A stretch of 64,000 bases of DNA from positions 13,321 through 77,320 of the IMG/VR virus record IMGVR_UViG_3300037264_001603. One strand, given 5' to 3'. Below, one piece after another: positions 28,802-37,979 of the stretch; the stretch's first letter is position 1, and each line of letters begins with the position of its first letter. Source of the DNA: a virus. The position numbers were made by a program, and so were the translations under genes. A model generated the notes under the pieces. The model was not told where the DNA came from, did not search any database, and worked only from the letters and a program-made list of their open reading frames with translations.

Positions 28802-29401
28802 ATGGATTTGCGTTTGTATCCCTTACGGGAAGAGGATTTTGATCGTATAATTGAACTGGGGGACTTGGTCCAAGGTAAGAACTACTTGAACCCCGAGTCG
28901 ATTAGCAAGATACACAGCATGAGTTATAGTCACGGCGCATGTTGTAGCTACGTCATGTATGATGGCCCCAGGATACATGGTAAGTTGATTGGCTTTCGGC
29001 TAACGTACGCGCCCGGGGTGTGGATACCCAATGAGTGGTGCTCCACCGAAGGTTGGCGAGCGCCGCCAGAAAAAGTCTGTTACTTCAAGTCCAATACCCT
29101 TCATCCGGATTACCAAGGAAAGGGGATTGGGCCCGTCCTGCTGAATGTCTCCATTGAATCAGTAAAACGAATGGGGGCGGTGGCAGGCGTTACGCACATC
29201 TGGATAGAAAGTCCTAGCAAGAGTGCGTACAAGTACTTTGCCAAAACCGGAGCAGAAACGCTCTGGATTTGGCCGGGACGTTGGAAAGACGACCTGGAGA
29301 ATGAAGGATACCAATGCGCGGTCTGCTGCGCCGACGGACAAGTAAGAGCTTGTAGTTGTAATGCAGCCGAAATGATTCTATACTTTGGAGAGGAACAATG
29401 A
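28802..29401 (+). CDS. GNAT acetyltransferase with C-terminal Cys cluster
   Basis: LHPDYQGKGIG acetyl-CoA motif A; CAVCC...CSC. Confidence 0.8.
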   Translation: MDLRLYPLREEDFDRIIELGDLVQGKNYLNPESISKIHSMSYSHGACCSYVMYDGPRIHGKLIGFRLTYAPGVWIPNEWCSTEGWRAPPEKVCYFKSNTLHPDYQGKGIGPVLLNVSIESVKRMGAVAGVTHIWIESPSKSAYKYFAKTGAETLWIWPGRWKDDLENEGYQCAVCCADGQVRACSCNAAEMILYFGEEQ

Positions 29402-29688
29402 GTACACAAGTGGTTGATGGGGTTTGGGTAATCGTTTGTGATTGGGTAGACGGGGGCGGAAATGCCTGCACTCAAGGACGCGATGGTGGCCCGCGCATGT
29501 TCGTAGATCCTGATGGTGGGAAAAAGCCCGAGAACCACTTTCAATGTGGCGCGCACCACGGGGTTCTGAAGCAAAAGGATAAGCCCGAGTTTCAGCTTCC
29601 TGCTGATCACACGCTGAATGAGGCAGTTCTTCACCCCGGCCAAGAAACAGACGGAGTTGTGGTAGAAGAGGTAGATGATGTCGGATAG
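29398..29688 (+). CDS. hypothetical protein (Cys/His)
   Basis: ATGA coupling; C..C..CGAH. Confidence 0.5.
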   Translation: MSTQVVDGVWVIVCDWVDGGGNACTQGRDGGPRMFVDPDGGKKPENHFQCGAHHGVLKQKDKPEFQLPADHTLNEAVLHPGQETDGVVVEEVDDVG

Positions 29689-29950
29689 TACTGCCCCCTC
29701 TACTCTGAAGACCGGCAAATACTCTATCCAGTTTTCTGGTAGTGGCACTACCATTTTTGCCGAAGAAGAGTTTGGAGACAAGAAGTGGATTGCCACGACC
29801 ACCGACCCTGAAATGGCCATGACTATTGTCGAGGGTTTGATTTTGGTAGAACACAAACGGTTCTATCATCCTGAAACAAAACCAGTGATCAAGGATCAAG
29901 AGAATAAACCTCTTCCCCCTTTCCTCAGGAGAGGGGTTGAGAAGTCCTAG
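29675..29950 (+). CDS. hypothetical protein
   Basis: GAGG RBS; 91 aa. Confidence 0.5.
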   Translation: MMSDSTAPSTLKTGKYSIQFSGSGTTIFAEEEFGDKKWIATTTDPEMAMTIVEGLILVEHKRFYHPETKPVIKDQENKPLPPFLRRGVEKS

Positions 29951-30027
29951 GATCGCGTATACCGCGTTTTTCTAGGAGGGCCCGACTCTCGGGGTCGGCC
30001 CCCACACAAAACAAGGAGGGATGACCA

Positions 30028-30258
30028 ATGGGTGGATTCTTCCTACGACCGAAAGATACGAATCGAGCATCGAATGGCCACATCAATGCCGAGCCAATCG
30101 GTGTGGTTTCTGATTACGAAGCAGAGTACACTGATGAAGCGGGTGTGGCAGTTCACCGCCGACGACATCCGTCGAATGCCACTGAGCCAAAGGGCAATGC
30201 TCCGCTACCGGGGGGTAGCTGGAGAGGGGCTGTTTCTAAGTCCGGAAGGATTCGATAG
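30028..30258 (+). CDS. hypothetical protein
   Basis: AAGGAGG RBS; abuts the next gene. Confidence 0.45.
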   Translation: MGGFFLRPKDTNRASNGHINAEPIGVVSDYEAEYTDEAGVAVHRRRHPSNATEPKGNAPLPGGSWRGAVSKSGRIR

Positions 30259-30521
30259 TGAGCGATTATCGACGAGTACAATGTTTTGGCACTAAGCGCC
30301 GGCCGCGTAAGGCAGACGAGCCTTGTCGAAAGCAGTTTCTCTGGATTGCGCGCGGCGCTTCAGGTAACTTTGGTCGAAAGGGCGCACAGGCTTGTCCTAA
30401 TTGTGGCACTTTGCCTAACTTCGATCATCCGTACAATAAGTTCTTGAGTGGCGACATTACTCACGAGCAAGCAGTTGCTCTGATGCCTGAGTACACAAAA
30501 AGTTTGGAAGAGAGCAAATAA
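30258..30521 (+). CDS. Zn-ribbon protein
   Basis: C...C..F...CPNCG. Confidence 0.55.
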   Translation: MSDYRRVQCFGTKRRPRKADEPCRKQFLWIARGASGNFGRKGAQACPNCGTLPNFDHPYNKFLSGDITHEQAVALMPEYTKSLEESK

Positions 30522-30524
30522 CAA

Positions 30525-30553
30525 TTGACTTTCTTGGAAACTTGTCTTATCCT
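30525..30553 (+). promoter_or_regulatory. sigma70-like promoter upstream of thyA
   Basis: TTGACT-N17-TATCCT. Confidence 0.55.
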
Positions 30554-30688
30554 TAGGAAGCCTGTTGGGGTTGCTATTAGATCTTATCTTAACCTACACT
30601 AAGATATCTTACTGAGTAGGGGCAAGAGCCAATTCCAAGCCTTACAGATTTCAAATTAGAACACGCGCGTACCAATGGGGAGATAGTT

Positions 30689-31507
30689 GTGAAGCAGTAC
30701 TTAGACTTGCTTGAGGATTGTTTTTACGGAGAAGAGAAGGACGACAGGACAGGTGTAGGTACCACGGGTGTTTTCGGGAGACAGCTCCGCTTCAATCTCC
30801 AAGATGGATTCCCTTTGCTCACGACCAAGAAGGTATTCACCAAAGCCATCATTCACGAACTGCTTTGGTTTATCACCGGCGAAACCAACATCCAATACCT
30901 GCAAGAGAATGGCGTTACCATTTGGGACGAGTGGGCAGATGCAGATGGAAACCTCGGACCTGTGTACGGACATCAGTGGCGGCATTGGCCTACCTACAAG
31001 GAAGTTGAGGATGGTTTGCTCATTCCAGGACCAGAGCTTGATCAACTTGATCAGGTAGTCAAGGATCTGAGAAAGAACCCCAGCTCCCGTAGGCACATCG
31101 TTACTGCGTGGAACCCAGCCGACGTACCAAATATGGCACTTCCGCCTTGTCACCTTCTGTACCAGTTCTATGCCGCCAATGGTCGATTGTCGTGTCAGAT
31201 GTACCAAAGAAGTTGTGACGTTTTCCTGGGAGTACCATTTAACATTGCGAGCTACGCCCTGTTGACGATGATGGTAGCGCAGGTAACTGGATTGGTACCC
31301 AACGAGTTCATTCACACCTTTGGCGACGTCCACCTGTACAAGAATCATCGTGAGCAAGCAATCGAGCAGTTGTCCCGCGAGCCCCGACCGCTTCCCAAGA
31401 TGATCATCAATCCCGATGTGAAAGACATCGACGATTTCAAGTTCTCGGATTTCCAGTTGGTGGGGTACAATCCTCACCCAGCCATCAAGGCGGAGGTAGC
31501 GGTCTAA
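30689..31507 (+). CDS. thyA: thymidylate synthase
   Basis: [43 protein letters not shown]. Confidence 0.97.
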   Translation: MKQYLDLLEDCFYGEEKDDRTGVGTTGVFGRQLRFNLQDGFPLLTTKKVFTKAIIHELLWFITGETNIQYLQENGVTIWDEWADADGNLGPVYGHQWRHWPTYKEVEDGLLIPGPELDQLDQVVKDLRKNPSSRRHIVTAWNPADVPNMALPPCHLLYQFYAANGRLSCQMYQRSCDVFLGVPFNIASYALLTMMVAQVTGLVPNEFIHTFGDVHLYKNHREQAIEQLSREPRPLPKMIINPDVKDIDDFKFSDFQLVGYNPHPAIKAEVAV

Positions 31508-32154
31508 TGCTTTTGTCCCTTATCGTGGCGTATGCTAAGGATAGTGCTGGTGCGCGGGTGATTGGTTTGAAGAACCAAATGCCTTGGCACTTTCCTCATG
31601 ATTTGGAGCGCTTTCGAGAGCATACGTTGGATTGTGCAATCATTATGGGGCGCAAAACATTCGAGTCTATTGGGCGCGTTCTACCTCGGCGTGAGAACAT
31701 TATCCTTACGCGGCAGCTTGACTATAAGGTCCCGGGAGCTTATATCTTCCATGATCTAGAAGCCGCTTTGGACTTTGCAGGCACCCGGAACAGCGAGGCC
31801 TTCATTATTGGGGGACAAGAGCTTTATGAGCAAACCCTAGAGCGGGCGGACCGGCTGTATTTGACTTCCTTCAAGATTTCTGGGATCGAAGGCGACTCCT
31901 TCTTCCCGAACTATGAGCTAAACAAATACAAGATGATTCACCACGAGAAGTCAGGCATTAGTGGGGATTGTTTCCGCATCCTGGAAAGAATTCGCTATAC
32001 TGCCTCGCAGCAGGCAGGGTCCGAAGCCACTGCGTATTCCTCTATTACAGGAATGTCCACCGCAGCAGCAGCGGCCGGTCCTGGTCAAGACGAAGTAGAG
32101 GACGACGAGGAGGATGCAGTTCTTGTGCCTTGGGAAGTCGGGTATGTTCTCTAA
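31507..32154 (+). CDS. folA: dihydrofolate reductase with acidic C-terminal extension
   Basis: IG..NQMPW..P.DL..F, IMGRKTFESIG..LP.RENIILTR, IIGG, EGDSFFP. Confidence 0.92.
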   Translation: MLLSLIVAYAKDSAGARVIGLKNQMPWHFPHDLERFREHTLDCAIIMGRKTFESIGRVLPRRENIILTRQLDYKVPGAYIFHDLEAALDFAGTRNSEAFIIGGQELYEQTLERADRLYLTSFKISGIEGDSFFPNYELNKYKMIHHEKSGISGDCFRILERIRYTASQQAGSEATAYSSITGMSTAAAAAGPGQDEVEDDEEDAVLVPWEVGYVL

Positions 32155-32435
32155 TGGTGGAATTTAGAGGTGTCGTTAACATCAACGAACAAGGCGAGAT
32201 TGTTTGCTTTTGTTCTCTAGAAGAGGCATTGCGTGGTCAGTGCTTGTGCCAGAACAAGTATGATTGTCCAGAAGCGATTATCAGTGTCGAAACGCTTCCT
32301 GGGACTAAGCCATCCGAACGGGGTATAAGGCAAGTCGTGGTGGATACGGAGCGGGTGGCCAAGGAAGTAACCAAGATCAAGGAAGGCCTGTCTAGGTTGG
32401 AACAGGCTGTCAAGAAAACCAAGTTTAGACTTTAG
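32154..32435 (+). CDS. Cys-containing hypothetical protein
   Basis: TAATG coupling; CFC, CLC, C. Confidence 0.5.
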   Translation: MVEFRGVVNINEQGEIVCFCSLEEALRGQCLCQNKYDCPEAIISVETLPGTKPSERGIRQVVVDTERVAKEVTKIKEGLSRLEQAVKKTKFRL

Positions 32436-32450
32436 GGAAAAGGGGAACCC

Positions 32451-33032
32451 ATGCTTATCGTAGGATTTGGAACAACTGCCCAGGTGGGCAAGGACACCGC
32501 AGCGGAATATCTTGAGAAGAAGTACCCAGGACGAGTCAAGAGAGTAGCGTTTGCGGACAAGTTGAAAAAGATTGCGATGGATCTTTTCGGTTTGAGTTGG
32601 GAGCAGTGCTATGGTTCCCAGCAAGTCAAGGAAGCAGTAGATCCTCGCTACGGAATGACGCCTCGTGAGATTCTCCAGGGAATTGGAGAAAAGATGCGAC
32701 ATGTGTTTCCGGATATCTGGGTAGACACAGTATTCAATACTACCATTCCGGAGTATGTTCAGCAGGGGTTTGATTGCTTTGTCATTTCCGATGTGCGCTA
32801 CCCCAATGAAGCCAACAAGATTCACGCAATTGGCGGGTCGGTAGTGAAGGTAACTCGCAAGGGAAGTGGTGTAACGGTAGGTGCTTCTCATTCTAGCGAA
32901 ACCTCAATGCAGGATTACAAAGAGTTTGACTTCATCCTTGAAAATAATGGCGACTTCCAAGAATATTTCTGGAAGATTGACCAGCTGATGAAGGAGCTAA
33001 ACTACAATGGCAGAGAAGAGAGACAAGACTGA
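32451..33032 (+). CDS. deoxynucleoside monophosphate kinase
   Basis: G..QVGKDTAA P-loop, FADKLK, PREILQ..G, ISDVRYPNE, HSSE. Confidence 0.88.
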   Translation: MLIVGFGTTAQVGKDTAAEYLEKKYPGRVKRVAFADKLKKIAMDLFGLSWEQCYGSQQVKEAVDPRYGMTPREILQGIGEKMRHVFPDIWVDTVFNTTIPEYVQQGFDCFVISDVRYPNEANKIHAIGGSVVKVTRKGSGVTVGASHSSETSMQDYKEFDFILENNGDFQEYFWKIDQLMKELNYNGREERQD

Positions 33033-33852
33033 TACCAGCGGACGAGGACTAGGGCACTCGTGGGCTGATGATAATGTGGAACGCGGTGCGCCCGATGCAG
33101 ATTTTGAGAAGCGACGCCCCACTTACCCACTTGGGGATGACCCCCGTGGTCGAGAGATTGATTTCGAAGACGACTCTGGTCGAGAATCGTATGGTAAGAA
33201 CGACGTTTATCGAGCTTATCGCGGACAAGCCCCAATTGAAGGACAGGAGTACGGCGCGCCTGTTCGAGCAGGTAAGATCTACAAGAAGGTTCAGGATCTT
33301 CGCCCTGAGCAACCTAATCGTAGTACCAACATTGAATACCACGCCGCTCTTCAGGCAGGACAGGCAGCAGAGCTAACTGCCACTAACTTCCAAGCTTTGA
33401 TGCCCAGCCCCACTATTTCGACGCCTGCCCCAGGGGCTAGCTTTAGCCCGGGTGCGACGTTGGAAGTCATTGCCCCTACGACAGCTCTTCGAAATCTCCA
33501 CTCTGCTATTCTGGAGATCAATGGGTTAGCAGTGGAACGAAGAGTAATTGATCGCCGCGACCAAGATTCTACTACTCAGCACGATTTCCATTTCTTCTAC
33601 ACGATTCCGTCCAACCAGCCCCTTGGTTCCATGTCCGTTACGGTGCGTGTGTTCAATATGGAATCTGCCTTCCGGGGAGTGATCGCAGACGATGCATTGT
33701 TTACTACCAACGTTCAAACTGGCATAGGTAGTGCGGAACACCCTCGACCGGGTTCGGCCACATCTTCGGATGCCTACCAACTACAGCTGGATGATACAGG
33801 TATTCTTCGCCAGCACGCAGGTGCGGTTAGCATCACAGTCAACATTGTGTAA
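33007..33852 (+). CDS. hypothetical protein with Ig-like domain
   Basis: PTISTPAPGA...LEING...SVTVRVFN Ig-like pattern after a charged N-terminus. Confidence 0.5.
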   Translation: MAEKRDKTDTSGRGLGHSWADDNVERGAPDADFEKRRPTYPLGDDPRGREIDFEDDSGRESYGKNDVYRAYRGQAPIEGQEYGAPVRAGKIYKKVQDLRPEQPNRSTNIEYHAALQAGQAAELTATNFQALMPSPTISTPAPGASFSPGATLEVIAPTTALRNLHSAILEINGLAVERRVIDRRDQDSTTQHDFHFFYTIPSNQPLGSMSVTVRVFNMESAFRGVIADDALFTTNVQTGIGSAEHPRPGSATSSDAYQLQLDDTGILRQHAGAVSITVNIV

Positions 33853-33862
33853 AGGATGGTAA

Positions 33863-34348
33863 ATGTCTAAGCCCAAAAACAAGGGTTCGGTAAACGTAGA
33901 CGCGGTCCGTCGCGAAGTCAAAAAGATGGTGCAGGACCACGATTCTAAGCACGATTCTAAGCCCCAGAACCCCAAGGCTCGTTCTTCGATTCATCGGGAA
34001 AGCCCTCTCGAACAAGAGATGGGGACTACCAAATACAAGCAGATGATTCATGATCACAACGAGAAGAACGCACACATCCTGGATCGTTTGCCTTTTACTT
34101 TTCCAGCCAAAAAGAAGATTCGTTCGCACCTCAGCGTGTTGTTAGAGTGCCCAGAATGCGGGGACGAGAAATGGGGGAGCGAACACACGGTAGGTTTTGT
34201 TTGTAGCAAATGCAACAAGTATGTCTCTGCCAAGAACCCGGAAGCAGAAAGTAGGGGATACGACCCTGACCTGAAAGTCGGAATTCGCGGTACAGCGTCC
34301 GATAAGCTCCGTCTACTTGAGGAACGGGACAAGAAAAAAGGCCAATAG
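33863..34348 (+). CDS. Zn-ribbon protein
   Basis: CPECG...CSKC. Confidence 0.6.
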   Translation: MSKPKNKGSVNVDAVRREVKKMVQDHDSKHDSKPQNPKARSSIHRESPLEQEMGTTKYKQMIHDHNEKNAHILDRLPFTFPAKKKIRSHLSVLLECPECGDEKWGSEHTVGFVCSKCNKYVSAKNPEAESRGYDPDLKVGIRGTASDKLRLLEERDKKKGQ

Positions 34349-34350
34349 GC

Positions 34351-34379
34351 TTGCGAAAATCCAAAAAACCATGTATAAT
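34351..34379 (+). promoter_or_regulatory. sigma70-like promoter upstream of nusG
   Basis: TTGCGA-N17-TATAAT. Confidence 0.65.
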
Positions 34380-34405
34380 TGGAACAGGTTGAGAAGGAGC
34401 CTATA

Positions 34406-34948
34406 ATGTCTGATCAGAAGAAGCAATGGCACTCTTGGGTGATCAAGCGGAACCGCTTGGACAACGTAGTTTCCTACATCAAGGAGAACTGCCCCGAGAT
34501 CGACAAGTTTTTCTACCCCTTTATCAAGAAGGAGTACCAAACCAAGAAGGGCGTTAACCGTATCAAGGACATGCCCCTTTACGAGGGATACCTATTCTTG
34601 AGGTACCACAGCCATCCGCAGGTTTTCCACAAGCTTAGCCAATACCCCCAAGTCACTACTTACTGCGGGCCCGTTTCTGAACTTGAAATCGATAAGATGC
34701 AGGCCGCACAAGGGAAACTGATTTCGGAGTTGAAAGCTAGCCGTTTCAAGCAGGGCGACACGGTCATCCTCAAGGATGGCCCGTTCAAGGGTTGGGAGGC
34801 CAAAGTGGTCTCCCTGAGCGGGACGTCTGTAAAGGTGAAGATTGACGCTGTAATCCTTGGGTCTTCAAATCACGAAGTGGTTTATTCCGAGGATCTGCTG
34901 GAAAAGAAGACTGAACTACAAAACTCCGAAGTGCAGGACATCCTCTAA
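34406..34948 (+). CDS. nusG: NusG-family transcription elongation/antitermination factor
   Basis: NGN domain (W...P....PLYEGYLFL) plus KOW (FKQGDTVILKDGPFKGWEAKV). Confidence 0.85.
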   Translation: MSDQKKQWHSWVIKRNRLDNVVSYIKENCPEIDKFFYPFIKKEYQTKKGVNRIKDMPLYEGYLFLRYHSHPQVFHKLSQYPQVTTYCGPVSELEIDKMQAAQGKLISELKASRFKQGDTVILKDGPFKGWEAKVVSLSGTSVKVKIDAVILGSSNHEVVYSEDLLEKKTELQNSEVQDIL

Positions 34949-34959
34949 AGAGAAAATAC

Positions 34960-35376
34960 ATGTCAGGTAAACCTGGAAGTAGTGGAAGACGTCCTGGATT
35001 TAAGCATTCCGACGATACTAAGCGGAAAATTGCCGATACCTTGCGAGGCTCGTTGCTATCTGACACCCGTAAGGAACATATCGCGCAAGCCAAGATGATG
35101 TATGATTTAGACGAAAAGTGCGTCCGCCGGTTCGAGGAATTGAAGGCTAACTACCCGGATCAAGAGGAGTTTTTTGAGGAGAATGAGGCTGACCTCCTTT
35201 TCGCCATGCGCGACCTGCGCACCGAAAAGGAACTGGGTGACATTCGCAAGCACGTTGAGAATGCTATACTCAGACAAGACGAGCCGTACCAATACTCCAG
35301 TAGCTCCTGCTACGCAGCCGAAGATGCGATGATCGCACTTCTGGACTTCAAGAGATACATACAGAAACTCCACTAA
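34960..35376 (+). CDS. NUMOD3-motif DNA-binding protein
   Basis: GFKHSDDTKRKIADTLRG and LSDTRKEHIAQAK tandem NUMOD3-like motifs. Confidence 0.6.
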   Translation: MSGKPGSSGRRPGFKHSDDTKRKIADTLRGSLLSDTRKEHIAQAKMMYDLDEKCVRRFEELKANYPDQEEFFEENEADLLFAMRDLRTEKELGDIRKHVENAILRQDEPYQYSSSSCYAAEDAMIALLDFKRYIQKLH

Positions 35377-35468
35377 AGTACCAAAGCATTTTAACCAACT
35401 GCCCTACTTAATGAGGGGATAGTGTCTATCTTTTCCCCTTTTGCTATTTGGTACTACGAGGATTAGGA

Positions 35469-36134
35469 ATGATCGATACGCCAAAAGACCCAAAACTGGA
35501 CGTCGATGACCTCACTCGCAAGGGCGAGGAAGATCCTAAATCTAAAGGGTGGAACAACCCGAACAGTCGTAAGAATTTGAGGCAGTACCAAGAGCCCCTC
35601 GTTCCCGAAGTCGTTTCAGGAGATCTGGAAGACGAAGAGAGCGACATCTCACAGATTGTAATAGGGCGCAAGCTAAGTCCCGACGTAGTCAGAAAATTGA
35701 TGCCCCAGCGGGGAGTCCTTACTGCCGCCGAAAAAAAGCGGTTCATTGGGGTGGTTCAACAATTTCTGGGAGATTTCAAGACTGAAGAGCCCACAGCTGC
35801 TGACGTAGATGATATCTTCGAAATAGCGGAAAGCGACATCATGAAAACCCGGCTGCTCTCAGCCGCCAAAGATAGTCCCGATGCCATCGTCAATATCAAC
35901 CAAGCGTTGGAGCGTATCTACAAGAGAAAGCAAACTGCTAAAGAGAACCTATCCGCCCGCCGATCTGATCGGAAGGATGCCAGGGCTTCTCAGGACATCA
36001 ACATCGTTGATCTCGTGGTCCGTTACGACCTAGAACAAAAGAGACGAGACGAAGAACGTGTTGCTGTTCTACTCGCGGAAGAAGAGACTACAGCCAATAA
36101 GCTTAGCGAGGTCCTGGAGAAGGACGGATACTAA
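35469..36134 (+). CDS. putative terminase small subunit
   Basis: Immediately upstream of terL; NPNSRKNL motif, helical. Confidence 0.55.
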   Translation: MIDTPKDPKLDVDDLTRKGEEDPKSKGWNNPNSRKNLRQYQEPLVPEVVSGDLEDEESDISQIVIGRKLSPDVVRKLMPQRGVLTAAEKKRFIGVVQQFLGDFKTEEPTAADVDDIFEIAESDIMKTRLLSAAKDSPDAIVNINQALERIYKRKQTAKENLSARRSDRKDARASQDINIVDLVVRYDLEQKRRDEERVAVLLAEEETTANKLSEVLEKDGY

Positions 36135-36136
36135 TC

Positions 36137-37969
36137 TTGCAGAGTCTGCTGGAAGACTTAGACTTTCTTAACCAATCAGATGAACTCGTAGAGTTCTATC
36201 GACAATATCCTGAAATCGCAGCCGAAGACCTTCTAAGAGTCAAACTTAGTTCGATTCAAAAGGTAGTCTTGAGGTCCATGTGGTTTCGGGACTATGTTAT
36301 GGCCATCATGTGTCGAGGCGCTGGTAAGACTTTCTTACTGGCTGTCTTTTCGTGTTTGAAGGCCATGCTCTACCCAGGACATCGCGTCGGACTTCTAGCC
36401 CCTACCTTTCGTCAGAGCAAGTACATCTTTGACGAATGTGATAAGCTCTATCATCGCTCCCCCGTCCTGCAAGCGGCCTGCGAGCGTAAACCCACCTCGG
36501 CCTCGGACAACTGCTACCTCCGCTTCAAAGCCGTAGGCACCAAGAACCCCTCCGTCATTCAAGCCATCCCCCTCGGCGACGGTACCAAGATCAGAGGTTC
36601 GCGTTTCTTCACCATCCTCTGCGACGAGTTTCCTCACATTCCAGACGAGATCTTCAACATGGTTATCCGTCCAATGGCGGCTACTCTTGCCGACCCGATG
36701 GAGAATGTAGAGAAGGTTTCTCGCCAGAAAGAGCTGTTGGAACGAGGTTTGATTACCCAAGCAGACATTGATGCTGACACCGCCACCAACCAAATCATCA
36801 TTACGTCATCTGGTTACTTTACCTTTAACCACATGTACAAGTTGTATTGCGCTTACAAAGAGGAAATGAGGACGGGGAATGGTAAGTATGCCGTTTTTCG
36901 TGTGCCTTACTGGCTTTTACCAGACGGATTTTTGGATAAGAAGGCAATTGAAGCTGCCAAACGAGAAATGTCTAGCCTTGAGTTTAGGATGGAGTATGAA
37001 GCAGCCTTCATTCCTGACACAGATGCGTTCTATAAGGCTTCCCTATTAGAAGCATGTTCGCGTACAGGGTTCTCTACACGGGTTGCGGGCGAGCATGGAA
37101 AGACTTATTGTTTAGGTATAGACCCAGCCAGAAGTGAAGACTCCTTCGCTATCGCTATCGCAGAACTTGGCGTCCCAGCTAAAATCGTCCATGCCCTAGA
37201 ACTTCAGAAGCAGCCCTTCCCTAGAATGGCGGAGCTGATTGAAGATCTATGCGATGCATTCAACGTTCAACACATTTACATGGATGCTGGCGGTGGTGGA
37301 TTAGCCATCAAAGACATTCTTGCAGAAAACAATCGCGGCCATCGAGCAGGCCCAATTTTGGATCCCGAGGATGAGGCCCATCAGGTCAAATCCGGAAGAC
37401 ACATCATAAAGATGTGCAACTTCGGAGTAGATTTCATCTCGGAGTCCAACTTTGCGGCACTAAGACTGCTTGAGAACCGCGATTTGCTTTTTCCGAGTGT
37501 GCCTGTTGGAGATACTCCCACCCCCGCTGAAGAAGAGGGTTGGGATAAGATCCAGGAAATGAAGCGCCAGATGCAGATGATCTCGCTTTCGGAGACTCCC
37601 ACTGGTAAGTATCATTTCGATGTACCCAAAGGCGAAGGACACGGGAAGCAGAAGAAGGATTTGTATACATCCTTCATGCTGGCTGCCCGTTGTGTATATG
37701 ACCATTTGTGGGCACATGAACTTGCGGAGAGTGTTCTCTTCCACGGGGGCGTACTTAGGCCCCGGGAAGATCGAGCTTCTCGTCCCGTCATCAACTCTGA
37801 TGGCGTTCCTGTCGATGATGCTATTCCCCAGGTGATTAGGGATAAACTGGAAATGGCACAAGATCCTGTCGGCTTCAAACAGCGTTTGATGCAAAGGGCA
37901 TTCAATAAGCGTACCTTGTTGACTAGTCCCTACGCCGTCTTGAAACCGGTTCCCAAGAAGAAGAAATAG
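36137..37969 (+). CDS. terL: terminase large subunit
   Basis: Walker A CRGAGKT, Walker B ILCDE, ITSSG coupling motif, nuclease LGIDPA..D, KKDLY. Confidence 0.92.
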   Translation: MQSLLEDLDFLNQSDELVEFYRQYPEIAAEDLLRVKLSSIQKVVLRSMWFRDYVMAIMCRGAGKTFLLAVFSCLKAMLYPGHRVGLLAPTFRQSKYIFDECDKLYHRSPVLQAACERKPTSASDNCYLRFKAVGTKNPSVIQAIPLGDGTKIRGSRFFTILCDEFPHIPDEIFNMVIRPMAATLADPMENVEKVSRQKELLERGLITQADIDADTATNQIIITSSGYFTFNHMYKLYCAYKEEMRTGNGKYAVFRVPYWLLPDGFLDKKAIEAAKREMSSLEFRMEYEAAFIPDTDAFYKASLLEACSRTGFSTRVAGEHGKTYCLGIDPARSEDSFAIAIAELGVPAKIVHALELQKQPFPRMAELIEDLCDAFNVQHIYMDAGGGGLAIKDILAENNRGHRAGPILDPEDEAHQVKSGRHIIKMCNFGVDFISESNFAALRLLENRDLLFPSVPVGDTPTPAEEEGWDKIQEMKRQMQMISLSETPTGKYHFDVPKGEGHGKQKKDLYTSFMLAARCVYDHLWAHELAESVLFHGGVLRPREDRASRPVINSDGVPVDDAIPQVIRDKLEMAQDPVGFKQRLMQRAFNKRTLLTSPYAVLKPVPKKKK

Positions 37970-37979
37970 GAGATCTTAG

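Noticed and set aside
35732-35738. In-frame A AAA AAG heptamer within the putative terS
   Set aside because: The -1 frame stops after ~15 codons and no clear stimulatory stem was seen; probably incidental Glu-Lys-Lys codons.
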